NCBI GenBank assembly: GCA_002269645.1
Contig: NIVC01000776.1
Location: 127,333 to 191,332 of the forward strand
DNA from: Macrostomum lignano
Lineage: Eukaryota
DNA length: 64,000 nucleotides
Direction of reading: 5' to 3'
A program made the translations under genes and the position numbers. Every line of letters begins with the position of its first letter. The stretch's first letter is position 1. The notes under the pieces are model-generated. The model was not told where the DNA came from and ran no database searches. It saw only the letters and a list, made by a program, of their open reading frames with translations. Positions 12,001 through 24,000 of this stretch are shown in pieces.

Positions 12001-15000
12001 CAGGTCTATCCTCGTTTCCATGTCTATCCTCATTTCCATGTCTATCCTCATTTCCAGGTCTATCCTCATTTCCAGGTCTATTCTCATGTCCAGGTCTATC
12101 CTACTTTCCATGTCTATCCTACTTTCCATGTCTATCCTCATTTCCATGTGTTCCCTCATTTCCAGGTCTATCCTCATTTCCAGGTCTATCCTCATTTGCA
12201 GGTCTATCCTCATTTCCAGGTCTATCCTCATTTCCATGTATATCCTCATTTCCATTTCTATCCTCATTTCCTTGTCTTTTCTCATTTCCATGTCTTCCCT
12301 CATTTCCAGTTCATTCATTCCGTGCCTTCCCCTCCGTTCCATTCGTTACCACTCTCTTCTGTCTTCAATCCCTCCTCATCCCCGCTTTCCTAATCCCCTC
12401 GCCCCCTCTCTAAACCCGAAGATTTTCCTCTCGGCCTGCCCGAGCCCGGCCTGTCAGGCGGCCGTCGCCGCTTTGTCCGCCGAAAGCGGCTCCACTGCTG
12501 CTGACGGCTCTTTTAATGACACGGAGGCAGCTGCTGCGGCCTCCAACTTCAGCACCGCGCCATGGCGCCGCGGCCTGTCGTGGGCGGACTGGGCGGCCAG
12601 GCGGCTGTACTATGCCACCGCCTGCTTCCGCCTCTCCAAGCTGCACGGGTTCGCCAACGAATCGGCGCTCAACGCCCGCGTGGAGCAGCTGTTACGCAAC
12701 TATGACGCTCCTCCGCCTTCGTCTGACGAGTCGCCGGCAGCCAGCGGTCCGGGGCCGCAGCGGGGCCCGCTGCCGCGGGCGGCTCTGCTGCCGAAGGCTG
12801 GCGGCGGCGGAGGTAGCGGCGGTAGCGGCAGCAACGGCAACGAAACAGAGGGTAAAGATGGGGAACTGTCAGAGCAGATGCCGCACCTGCTGGCCGCCCT
12901 GGTGTTCGACTCGGACTCGGACACTTTCGTCCGCTACCGGCTGCGCATGCCGGAGTACGCGGTGGACAGCACCCGGCACTACAAGGTGCTGGACCGGGTC
13001 TGGACACCCGGGCCGAGGGCGGAGTTTCCTCAGGATTTCAAGTACTTCACGTCCTTCTTTATACACCTGCAGGTGAGGAATTCGCTGTAGATTTTTCTGT
13101 ACACCTTATGCTGTACTGTACACCCTATGTTATTCTGTACACCCTATGCTGTACTGTACACCCTATGTTATTCTGTACACCCTATGCTGTACTGTACACC
13201 CTATGTTATTCTGTACACCCTATGCTGTACTGTACACCCTATGTTATTCGGTACACCCTATGCTGTACTGTACACCGTGTTATTCTGTACACCCTATGCT
13301 GTACTGTACACTCTGTTATTCTGTACACCCTATGCTGTACTGTACATCCTGTGTTATTCTGTACACCCTATGCTGTACTGTACACCCTATGTTATTGTGT
13401 ACACCCTATGCTGTACTGTACACCCTGTGTTATTCGGTACACCCTATGCTGTACTGTACACCCTGTGTTATTCTGTATACCCTATGCTGTACTGTACACC
13501 CTGTGTTATTCTGTACACCCTATGCTGTACTGTACACCCTATGTTATTGTGTACACCCTATGCTGTACTGTACACCCTGTGTTATTCGGTACACCCTATG
13601 CTGTACTGTACACCCTGTGTTATTCTGTATACCCTATGCTGTACTGTACACCCTGTGTTATTCTGTACACCCTATGCTGTACTGTACACCCTGTGTTATT
13701 CTGTACACCCTATGCTGTACTGTACACCTTTTAAAAAAATAATCCAAAGGACCAGATAGAGAACCCAGCGCATGACTGCGGGCTAGAAGAGGGGAGAGAA
13801 TAGATAAGAAAGAAGAGATTGGAGAAATGAGAGGCAAGGAAATAAAGGAGACGAGAGGAGAAACGAGAGAGGAGAGCAGAGCAGAAGTGGAGAGAGAAAA
13901 TGGAAGGGAGAGAAGAGAGCTGAGAAGAGACACAAGCTTTGAGCGGACTGGATTGCTATTGTAAAGCTTCAAAGGACCCGAGAGCCGGATAGAGAGGCTT
14001 AGCGGGCCGGAGTTTGACGAGCCCCGCCACCTTATCATCAGGTAGAGATTATCTTCATCACGAGTGTACAGGTCAGAGAAGAGTCCTAGATGAAATATTG
14101 GATGCATAGCTGTCAATCAGCCTCACCGGTTCCCCATCGCCAGGAGCTGCTAGAGCTGGCCATCGTCTCCGACCTGTCGGGCGTGGAGGTCCGCCACACC
14201 AGCCGGATGCGCCTGTTCCCCTCCGTCTGCAACTCGCAGGACAAATTCGTACGAGTCATCGAAGGCTTCTTGCCCATGATCATGACCCTGTCCTGGATCT
14301 ACAGCATCTCCCTGCTGGTGAACGCCATTGTCTACGAGCGCGAGACCCGCATGAAGGAGCTGATGCGCATCATGGGCCTGTCGGACTCCGTGCACTGGCT
14401 GTCCTGGCTCATCACCACCGTGACCGTCATGTCCATCAGTGCTGTGGGCATGACCGCCCTGCTTACAGCTGGCGGCATCGTCCGCCACTCGGACCCGCTG
14501 CTGCTGTTCATGTTCATCTTCTCCTTCATTGTCAGCAGCGTCTGCGAGGCCTTCCTCATCTCCGTGTGCTTCACCGACTCCAGCGTGGCGGCCGCATTCG
14601 CCGGCGTTGTGTACTTCGTCGGCTACGTGCCGTACTCGGCGGTGGACCGGCTGGCCGACAGCATGACTACCGGAGCCTACGCGGCCGCCTGCGCCATCCC
14701 GCAGCTGGCCTTCGGCATCGGCTGCCGCTACGTAGCCAAGTGGGAGCTCGCCGGCGTTGGCCTGCAGGCCGACAACCTGCGCTTGTCGCCGATGTCCGAC
14801 GACGCCTTTGCGTTCAGCAGCGTCCTGCTGGCCATGTGGCTGGACGCGGCCTGGCTGTTCGCCGCCGCTGCCTATCTGGAGCAGGTGTTCCCCGGGCCCT
14901 ACGGGGTGCCCCGGCCGCTGCACTTTCCATTCACTTCCGCTTTCTGGCGCGGAGAGCGGCGCAGCAAATCGGCCGCGGGCAAGACTGATGGCGTCGATGG

Positions 15001-18000
15001 CGGCGCTGCGCTGGAGGAGATCGACGCCGAGAACGACAATCCGCTGCTGAACGGCGGGGCGGCAGAGGACGGCCTGGCGGCCGACCGATTCGAAGAGGAG
15101 CCTGGCCACCTGCCAGTCGGCGTCGCGGTCCGCCGGCTCCGCAAGGTCTACGACGCCCGGCCAACGGCCGCCAGATTTTTCGGCGCCGCTGGCAGCTGCG
15201 TCGGCGGCGACGATGAGACGGACGGCGGCGGTGGCAGCGGACTGCCGGTGGCCGCTGTCGACTGCCTGACGGTGAACTTCTACCAAGGCCAGGTGACTTC
15301 GTTCCTGGGCCACAACGGAGCAGGTAGGTTTGCCCAAGCCAAAACATTTTTGCAAAGGAGAATACTTGTGATCTGTAGGGCCTCCACGACCTCTGTTATG
15401 CCTCTTCCCCGTCTGGCAGGCAAGAGCACCACCATCTCGGTGCTGACTGGACTGTACACCCCGACCTCCGGCACTGCGAGCATCTACGGCCTGGACATCC
15501 GCACCCAGATGGACTCCGTCCGTCGGTGCCTCGGCCTCTGCCCGCAGCACAACATTCTGTACGACTGCCTGACTGTGCAGGACCACATCTACTTCTATGG
15601 CATGCTGAAGGGCCTCACCAAGGCCGAGATCCGGCCTCAGGTGGACTCGTTCCTGCGCGACGTTGGCCTGCTGCAAAAGCGGCACGAGCTCAGCAAAAAT
15701 CTGTCCGGCGGAATGAAGCGGCGTCTCTCCGTTGCCATGGCGTTTGTGGGCAACTCCAAGCTGGTTGTGCTGGATGAGCCCACAGCAGGTAAGTCATTGC
15801 TCCCATGCTAACTGTCTGCTAACTGTCTGCTAACTGTCTGTGTGTCTGCTCAACGCTCCCTGTCTGCTCACTTCCTGCTCATTGCTCACTTCCTGCTCAC
15901 TGCTCACTTCCTGCTCACTGCTCACTTCCTGCTCATTGCTCACTTCCTGCTCACTGCTCACTTCCTGCTCACTGCTCACTTCCTGCTCACTGCTCACTTC
16001 CTGCTCACTGCTCACTGTCTGCTCACTTCCTGCTCACTGCTCACTTCCTGCTCACTGCTCACTGTCTGCTCACTTCCTGCTTACTGCTCACTGTCTGCTC
16101 ACTTCCTGCTCACTGCTCACTGTCTGCTCACTTCCTGCTCACTGCTCACTGTCTGCTCACTTCCTGCTCACTGCTCACTGTCTGCTCACTTCCTGCTCAC
16201 TGCTCACTGTCTGCTCACTTCCTGCTCACTTCCTGCTCACTGCTCACTTCCTGCTCACTTCCTGCTCACTGCTCACTTCCTGCTCACTTCCTGCTCACTG
16301 CTCACTTTTACTGTTCACTGTCCGAAAGAGGATGACTGTCACTGAAGCCACAGCTCACAAAATCAGAGGCGCAAATTCACAGCAGCTGTATTCCTGCCGC
16401 ACCCCGCTGACCAGGCGTGGATCCGCACGCCCGCCGCGGCATCTGGGAGGTGATTGGCAAGTTCCGCACCGGCCGCACCATCCTGCTGACCACGCACCAC
16501 ATGGACGAGGCGGACATCCTCGGCGACCGGATCTGCATCATCGATCGGGGCCGCCTGGTCTGCAGCGGCTCGCCGCTCTTCCTCAAGAAGGCCCTCGGCG
16601 ACGGCTATGCGCTGACGCTCGTCCGATCGGCTGAGGCTCCGTCCGAGGCAGCTGCCGCCGCTGACGCCGCTGCCCTGCGTCTGGTCAGGCAGGAGGTGCC
16701 GGAGGCCCGCCTGGCCGAGGCGACAACCAGCGAGATTCGCCTTCGGTTGCCCGCCAGCTCTGCGGCCGGATTTGCCGCGCTGTTCGATCGGCTGGACGCC
16801 GCCATGTCGGAGCTGGGCGTCTCCGCCTACGGCATAGAGGACTGCTCGCTGGAGGAGGTCTTCTTGAAGGTGAGCACTCAAGTAATCGTTGCGGTGCAGA
16901 CTGGGTAGTCAGTGTAGACTGGGTAGTCAGGGTAGACTGGGTAGTCAGGGTAGACTGGGTAGTCAGGGTAGACTGGGTAGTCAGGGTAGACTGGGTAGTC
17001 AGGGTAGACTGGGTAGTCAGGGTAGACTGGGTAGTCAGGGTAGACTGGATAATCAGGGTAGACTGGGTAGTCAGGGTAGACTGGGCAGTCAGGGTAGACT
17101 GGGCAGTCAGGGTAGACGATAGACTTAGCTGGCAGGTAGGCCCAACAGGGGGTCTCAAGCGTTTGCAATCCCCAATTAACTGTTTTTGCCCAGGTCACCG
17201 GCTGCACTGACGGCGAGGAAGCCGCCGAAGAAAACGGCGACGCCAAAACGCACCATGCCGGCGAGAGCGCCAAGGCTCAAAACGGAGCCGTCGTTGCTGT
17301 GGCTGAATCAGACGACGCATTCGCTGCGCGCGCCACCTCGCTTACTCAGCAGGCGCGCGCGCTAGTCTCAGCGCGCTTTCACACCTCGTCGCGAGCGGTG
17401 GCGCGCTGGCTGGCCGAGCTGCTGCTGCCCACTGGCTTCGTGCTGCTCGCTCTCGCCCTGCTGCAGATCGTTCCCCGGGACGGCCTCAACCCGCCGCTCG
17501 AGCTGGCGCCCTGGTACCTGCTGGGGACCCGGGACCCGCGGCCGCCTCCAGCCAGGACCTGCGCACCTTCGTCAGCCTGACGCAGCCCGGAGCTTCAGCC
17601 GCGCAGCCTCTGACCCGCCACCTGCGCGCCACGGAGCAGCTGGGCACCCGCTGCATGCCGCCAGGCCGCTTCAGCAACCCGCGCTTCCCCTGCAAGTGGC
17701 ACCGGGCCGGCAGCGCCTGGTCGGAGGTGCCCGCCAACTCCAGCAACACTGTCGGCCGGTGCCGCTGCCGGCCGGAGTCTGCAGGCGGCGGTCCGGACTG
17801 TCCGGCCAGGCCAGACCAGCCGAGGCGGGCGCTGATGAGCGGCGACCTGCTGGAGGACCTGAGCGGCCTGCGGGGCGGCCTGGGCGGCCTTGCCGACTAC
17901 CTTCGGGCGTCCACCATGCCCGACTACCGGCGCCGTTTCGGCGGCCTCCGCCTATTCGTGGAGAACGCCACCGCCGCTGCCGCCCGGGCCGGGGCCGTGG

Positions 18001-21000
18001 ACACCGCCTGGCGCAGTCTGCAGCTGCTTGGCGTCAAGGAGAACAACTCGAACAGGTGGGAGGTCCACTTAATGAGGTCCTCTGTAAACATTTATTGAGC
18101 TGTTTTCCCCAGTTACCTTCATGCTTCATTTTCCAACGCTAAAATGCTGAAACAATAGTAACTCAACGTACTTGAAGCCCTTGATTTTTTACGAGTACCT
18201 CCTTGGCCTCCTTGATACATTTGACCCCCTCTTGATTCCATTGACCCCTATGACCCTATGCCTTATTTGACCCTTAACTCCATTGACCCTTAACTCCATT
18301 GACCCCTAACTCCATTGACCCCTAACTCCATTGACCTCCTAACTCCATTGACCCCTAACTCCATTGACCCCTAACTCCATTGACCTCTAACTGTATTGAC
18401 CCCTATGACCCTATGGCTACTTTGACCCCTAACTCCATCGACCCCTAACTCCATTGACCCCTAACTCCATTGACCCCTAACTCCATTGACCCCTAACTCC
18501 ATTGACCCCTAACTCCATTGACCCCTAACTCCATTGACCCCTAACTCCATTGACCCCTAACTCCATTGACCTCTAACTGCATTGACCCCTATGACCCTAT
18601 GGCTACTTTGACCCCTAACTCCATCGATCCCTATGACCCTATGACTACATGTACTTTGACCCTTAACTCCTTTGGGCCCTATGACTTCATTAACCTTGTG
18701 AATTACAACAAAGCCTGTCGTGCCATTATGGCCATTGGCTTTTTCCACGTGACTCCATTGCCTTCTTGACCCCCTAGCCCCAAGATCCTATTAACTCTCT
18801 TAATCCTGCACCCCTCCCTACTGCCCAAAAAAACCAAAGCCGCCCCGCCGCCCCCATCGCAGCTTCTGGTCCCAGCTGGGCCGCCTGTCGCTGCCGCGCC
18901 CGGCCTCCGAGGCCGCCACTGCCCACCAGCACGAAGTCTGGTTTGACAACCGCGGCTACACGGCCGGGCCCGCCTACCTCAACGTGCTGCACAACGCCCT
19001 GCTGCGCTCCCTCATCCCGGCCGGCAACGCCTCCGCCTACGGCATCTCGGCCTGGACCCACCCGGTGACGAACCGGCCCAGCTGGGCCTCCAACGCCATC
19101 CAGATGAACGCCTTCGTGTCGGCCATGACTGTAGTGTCCGTGCTGTTCGCCCTGTCCTTCGTGCTGGCCAGCTTTGTCATTTTCCCCATAGCGGAGCGCC
19201 GGTCTGGGGCCAAGCACCTGCAGCTGGTGTCCGGGGTGCCGCCCGGCCTCTACTGGCTGGTGAATCACGCCTGGAACCTGGTCAACTATCTGGCACCCGC
19301 GGCCCTCCTGCTGATCATGTTCGCCGCCTTCGACAGTCAGGAGTTCGTCAGCGCTGGGTCCATCGGGCCGACCGTCACCGTGCTGCTGCTGTACGGCCTG
19401 GCCTGCGCGCCGCTGATGTACCTGGCCAGCTGGCGGCTCGGCGTGCCCAGCAAGGCATACACGCTTCTGGCCTGCGCCAACCTCGGCCTGGGCTTCGTCA
19501 CCACCATGTCCGTCACCATCGTGCGGATGATTGGCGAGCAGAACGATGTGAGAAATTGCGCTTGACTACTACTGCTAGTAGGAGCCGAAATCATTGGACA
19601 TTAATTTCTTGTGATAGTGTTTCACTGAAGCTCCATCGACGGCTTATGCTTTGGATATCCTACTTCCACTCGGATATGCCTTTTCGATAAGCCATAGAGA
19701 TTTTTTTAGATTAGAGGCAGGGACTGCGTGCACCCTGGCGCACTTCAAGCGACATTGTCACAACCGGCGAGAGGCATTAGTGCCCATTTCGCCTTGAGCA
19801 GGTACACAATCGCGCGGATACGTACGCAGTCATACGCGCAGGTCCACACTCACACAGGAGTGTACAGCGGCCCCAACTTTATATTATCGTTAGGCATGTG
19901 CACTTCACTGCGCCTTGGGGGTTGGCCCTCAAGGCCGCTAATTGCGCTAGCAGAGCCAAGCCGAGATTCCAATTTAGCTTCAAATTAATGTGACTGCACT
20001 TGGAATCGAGTCTGGGTCGCTAGACGACTGGGCTACGGCCTCCTAATCCATGGAGACTTCATAAAATCAAAGTTTTACTTTCAATTGTTCAAGGCTTTGC
20101 TTTGGGTGTTGTGGACTTGCGAATGGAGGTCAAGAGGTGTCAATGTACTTGAAACTCTCCCTCAGGACAAGCGAATGCAGCGGATCTCCGAGGTGCTGAA
20201 GTGGCTGTTCATGGCGCTGCCGCACTTCTGCCTCGGCCACGGCCTCATGGAGCTCAACATCTACTACCAGCTGTCCGTGCGCCTGCTCAGCATGGCCGGC
20301 AAGCGGGGCGTCAAGGAGTACTTCTCCAGCGGCCTGGTCTTCCACAGCAGCGCCTGGCAACCAGCTAGAAAGTAAGCGCTGAGTCAATAATTACAGTTTT
20401 AGCTGTAGTATAACTGCCATTATCGACTGCTCCGCTTCCCTCCCCGCCCACAGCTACATCATCGCCCTGGCTATTCAGAGCGTCGTGTACTTCTCAGCCG
20501 TGCTGCTCATAGAGTACAGCTCCACCCTGCTGCCTCGCGCCCTGTCCCGCTGGCGCCGCAACCCGCCTGCGGCTTCCGACACCGCCGATCTTATCGACGA
20601 CGACGTCGCCGCGGAGGAGGCACGGTGCTGTCTGAGCGGCGAAGGCGGCGGCAACCCGGACACCGCGCTGGAGCTGCGTCGCCTGGCCAAGGAGTTTCGT
20701 GGCCGCGGTGGTCGGCGAATCGCTGCTGTCCGCGGCGTCAGCCTGGCGGTTGGCCGGCGCGAGTGCTTCGGCTTCCTGGGCGTCAACGGGGCCGGCAAAA
20801 CGACCACATTCCGGATGCTGACAGGTGACCTGGCGCCCAGCAGCGGCGACGCCTTCGTCTGCGGGCGCTCGGTGGTGACGGAAGCTCGAGAGGTTTGCCA
20901 ACTCACGACATTGGGCTTGTTCTGCTGAAGGAAGGGTGGGGATAAGGGGTGGTTGCGGAGGCCATAGAAGTACTGTAGGGGGTAGAGTGAGGGTTATCGG

Positions 21001-24000
21001 AGCCCTAAAAGCACTGTAAAGAGTAGAGTGAGGGGTATCGGAGCCATTAAAGCACTGGAAGGGGTAGAGTGAGGGTATCGGAGCCCTAAAAGCACTGGAA
21101 GGGGTAGAGTGAGGGTATCGGAGCCCTAAAAGCACTGGAAGGGGTATAGTGAGGGTATAAAATCAGTTAAGGTGGTGGCTGAAGCTGCACAAGCATTGAA
21201 CAAAAATAAAAACGCTTTTCGTGTTCTCTGCAGCTTAAAGCCAAGTAAAAAACATCCCCCCATCCCAACCGGGCTTCCCGCAGGTGCACAGGCGCCTCGG
21301 CTACTGCCCGCAGTCGGACGCGGTGCAGCCGCTGCTGACCGGCCGCGAAGTGCTGCAGCTGTACGCCAGGATTCGCGGTGTGCCGGAGCACCTGGTGCCG
21401 GGCATGGCTGAGAGCATCGCCAGGCAGTGAGTGAAGCTGGGGGTTTTCTCTCGATGCGTCTGTTTAACCGTAGGACTGACTGCCTTGGAGTTAAGCAGAG
21501 TCGGCAGCGGTTAGTACGCACCCTGATAGGCGTGTGTCTAACTAAGTAAGCTGAGGTCCAGTTCACCCTGCTAGGAGCGAGGGGACCGCACATGATAGAT
21601 ACCAGTGACTGACCTTCCCAAATGAGTCCCAAATGACTGACAATGAGGTGATTTTAACTGTCAGGGTCGGAATCATGCAGCACATCGACAAGGTCACGGA
21701 GCAGTACAGCGGCGGCAACAAGCGGAAGCTCTCCTGCGGCGTCGCCTTCATCGGCGGGCCGCCGATTCTCTTCTTGGACGAGCCGACGGCCGGCATGGAT
21801 CCCAAGGCCCGGCGGTCCCTGTGGCGTTGCATCCAGGGCATGGTGGCCCGCGGCTCCTGTGTTATCCTGACCAGCCACAGCATGGAGGACTGCCAGGCCC
21901 TGTGCCACCGGCTCACCATCATGGTGAGCTTGGGCTGCAGCCTGTGACTGTCTGAGCTCTCGCTGGGATCTGTAACTCTGAGTATATGTAATCTCTCTTG
22001 TGAATCTGTAATCTATCACGGAGATCGGCAGCTCTCAGGGAGATCTGTAGCTCTCATGCGAGATCTGTAGCTATCATGAAAGATCTGTAGCTCTCATGGA
22101 AGATTTGTAGCTCTCATGGAAGATTTGTAGCTCTCATGGAAGATCTGCAGCTCTCATGGAAGATTTGTAGCTCTCATGGAAGATCTGCAGCTCTCATGGA
22201 AGATTTGTAGCTCTCATGGGAGATCTGTAGCTCTCATGGAAGATCTGTAGCTCTCATGGAAGATCTGCAGCTCTCATGGAAGATTTGTAGCTCTCATGGG
22301 AGATCTGTAGCTCTCATGGGAGATCTGTAGCTCTCATGGAAGGTCTGCAGGCTCTCATGGAAGATTTGTAGCTCTCATGGAAGATTTGTAGCTCTCATGG
22401 GAGATCTGTAGCTCTCATGGAAGATCTGTAGCTCTCATGGAAGATCTGCAGCTCTCATGGAAGATTTGTAGCTCTCATGGGAGATCTGTAGCTCTCATGG
22501 AAGATCTGTAGCTCTCATGGAAGATCTGCAGCTCTCATGGAAGATTTGTAGCTCTCATGGGAGATCTGTAGCTCTCATGGGAGATCTGTAGCTCTCATGG
22601 AAGGTCTGCAGGCTCTCATGGAAGATTTGTAGCTCTCATGGAAGATTTGTAGCTCTCATGGGAGATCTGTAGCTCTCATGGAAGATCTGTAGCTCTCATG
22701 GAAGATCTGCAGCTCTCATGGAAGATTTGTAGCTCTCATGGGAGATCTGTAGCTCTCATGGAAGATCTGTAGCTCTCACGGGAGATCTGTAGCTCTCATG
22801 GCAGATTTGTACTTCTCATGGGAGATCTGTAGCTCTCATGGAAGATCTGTAGCTATCACGGGTTACTCATTCCTGCTGTTCTAGAGAATCTGCTGTGCTG
22901 TTCTGATTTGCAATTTCGTTTGATTGGTTTTGAAATTTGATCCAGTAGAAAACTTGGCACGAAAGGTTTATCTGACACTCCTATTATCATATGCAACTCA
23001 CCATTGGAGTGGTCAAGGACCAACAACACCAATGGTGCTCCATGGCTACGAAGCGGTACAGGGGAAAGGAAGTCAAAGAAGTCAAAGGGAGTGGATGGAA
23101 TGATAATAAGACAGCGAAAAGAGAGAATTCTAAAACTAATCTTTGAGACACCTGGCTCAATTGAAAATGGATGGCTTGATGCCAGGATTAGCTAGTGCTG
23201 CAGGTAGAGCATTCCATAATTTACAGCATGTGGGAATGAAGCACCGCTTCTGTTCTAGAGAAAGCAAGCTTAAAGGAGAAGCTGTGCTGTTCGCTGTTAG
23301 AACGGAGACCAAAGTGTGACAGTTGAGCAAAAGGAAGGAGGAGCTGCTGAAGTTCACTGGAGCCTTGAGCCCGCAGAAGTCGCTATGTACACTATGTACA
23401 GCATGTCTAGAAAAGCACTGCTTTAACTGCACTAATTTGTTTTTATTAAGTGGCGCGCTCACTTTTTGATTCAAATACTGAGTCTTTAATGACTTCCACA
23501 AGCCCTAGCAAACCCCGTCTATTAAAATTCCCGATACTTCACTGGCGGTACCCGATACAGATGGCGCTCTGAAGCTCTGCGCAATTCCAAATTGCAGTGC
23601 GAATGCACTTGCATGTGTTTCAATTGCAATACACAGTAGACGGCAGGACAGCTGACTTTCACCTCGCGCTGTCACGCGCGCCACAGAAGTTGAGCAATGC
23701 AATTCGGTGATTCAATAACCTGTTAACCTGTAGAGGAATCCCGAGCATGCGAAATCAGGCATCGAGGGCAGGCTTTTATGGTAGACGTGCATTTTTGGGG
23801 GCGCCATTTTATTTAAATAGATGCAAGCGGCAGAGCTGTCAAACCTATAGATACAACAATTTGCTTTTTTCCTGCGGAGAGTGGCGCCCCTGCCCCTTCA
23901 GCTACGCCTCTGCGTGGCATCCGATGGATCACCCACGACTCTTGGGGCGCACCTACCGGTTGGTGAACTGTTGGGGCAGGTGGATCACCTACCGGTTGGT

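Noticed and set aside
14150-15685. 511-aa antisense ORF and similar long antisense or alternative-frame ORFs over GC-rich exons
   Set aside because: These are shadows of GC-rich codon usage, which is poor in stop codons, and contain no recognisable motifs.
11726-16634. ORFs such as [21 protein letters not shown] and LLTSCS
   Set aside because: They are stop-free frames of intronic tandem repeats and begin or end at the array boundaries.
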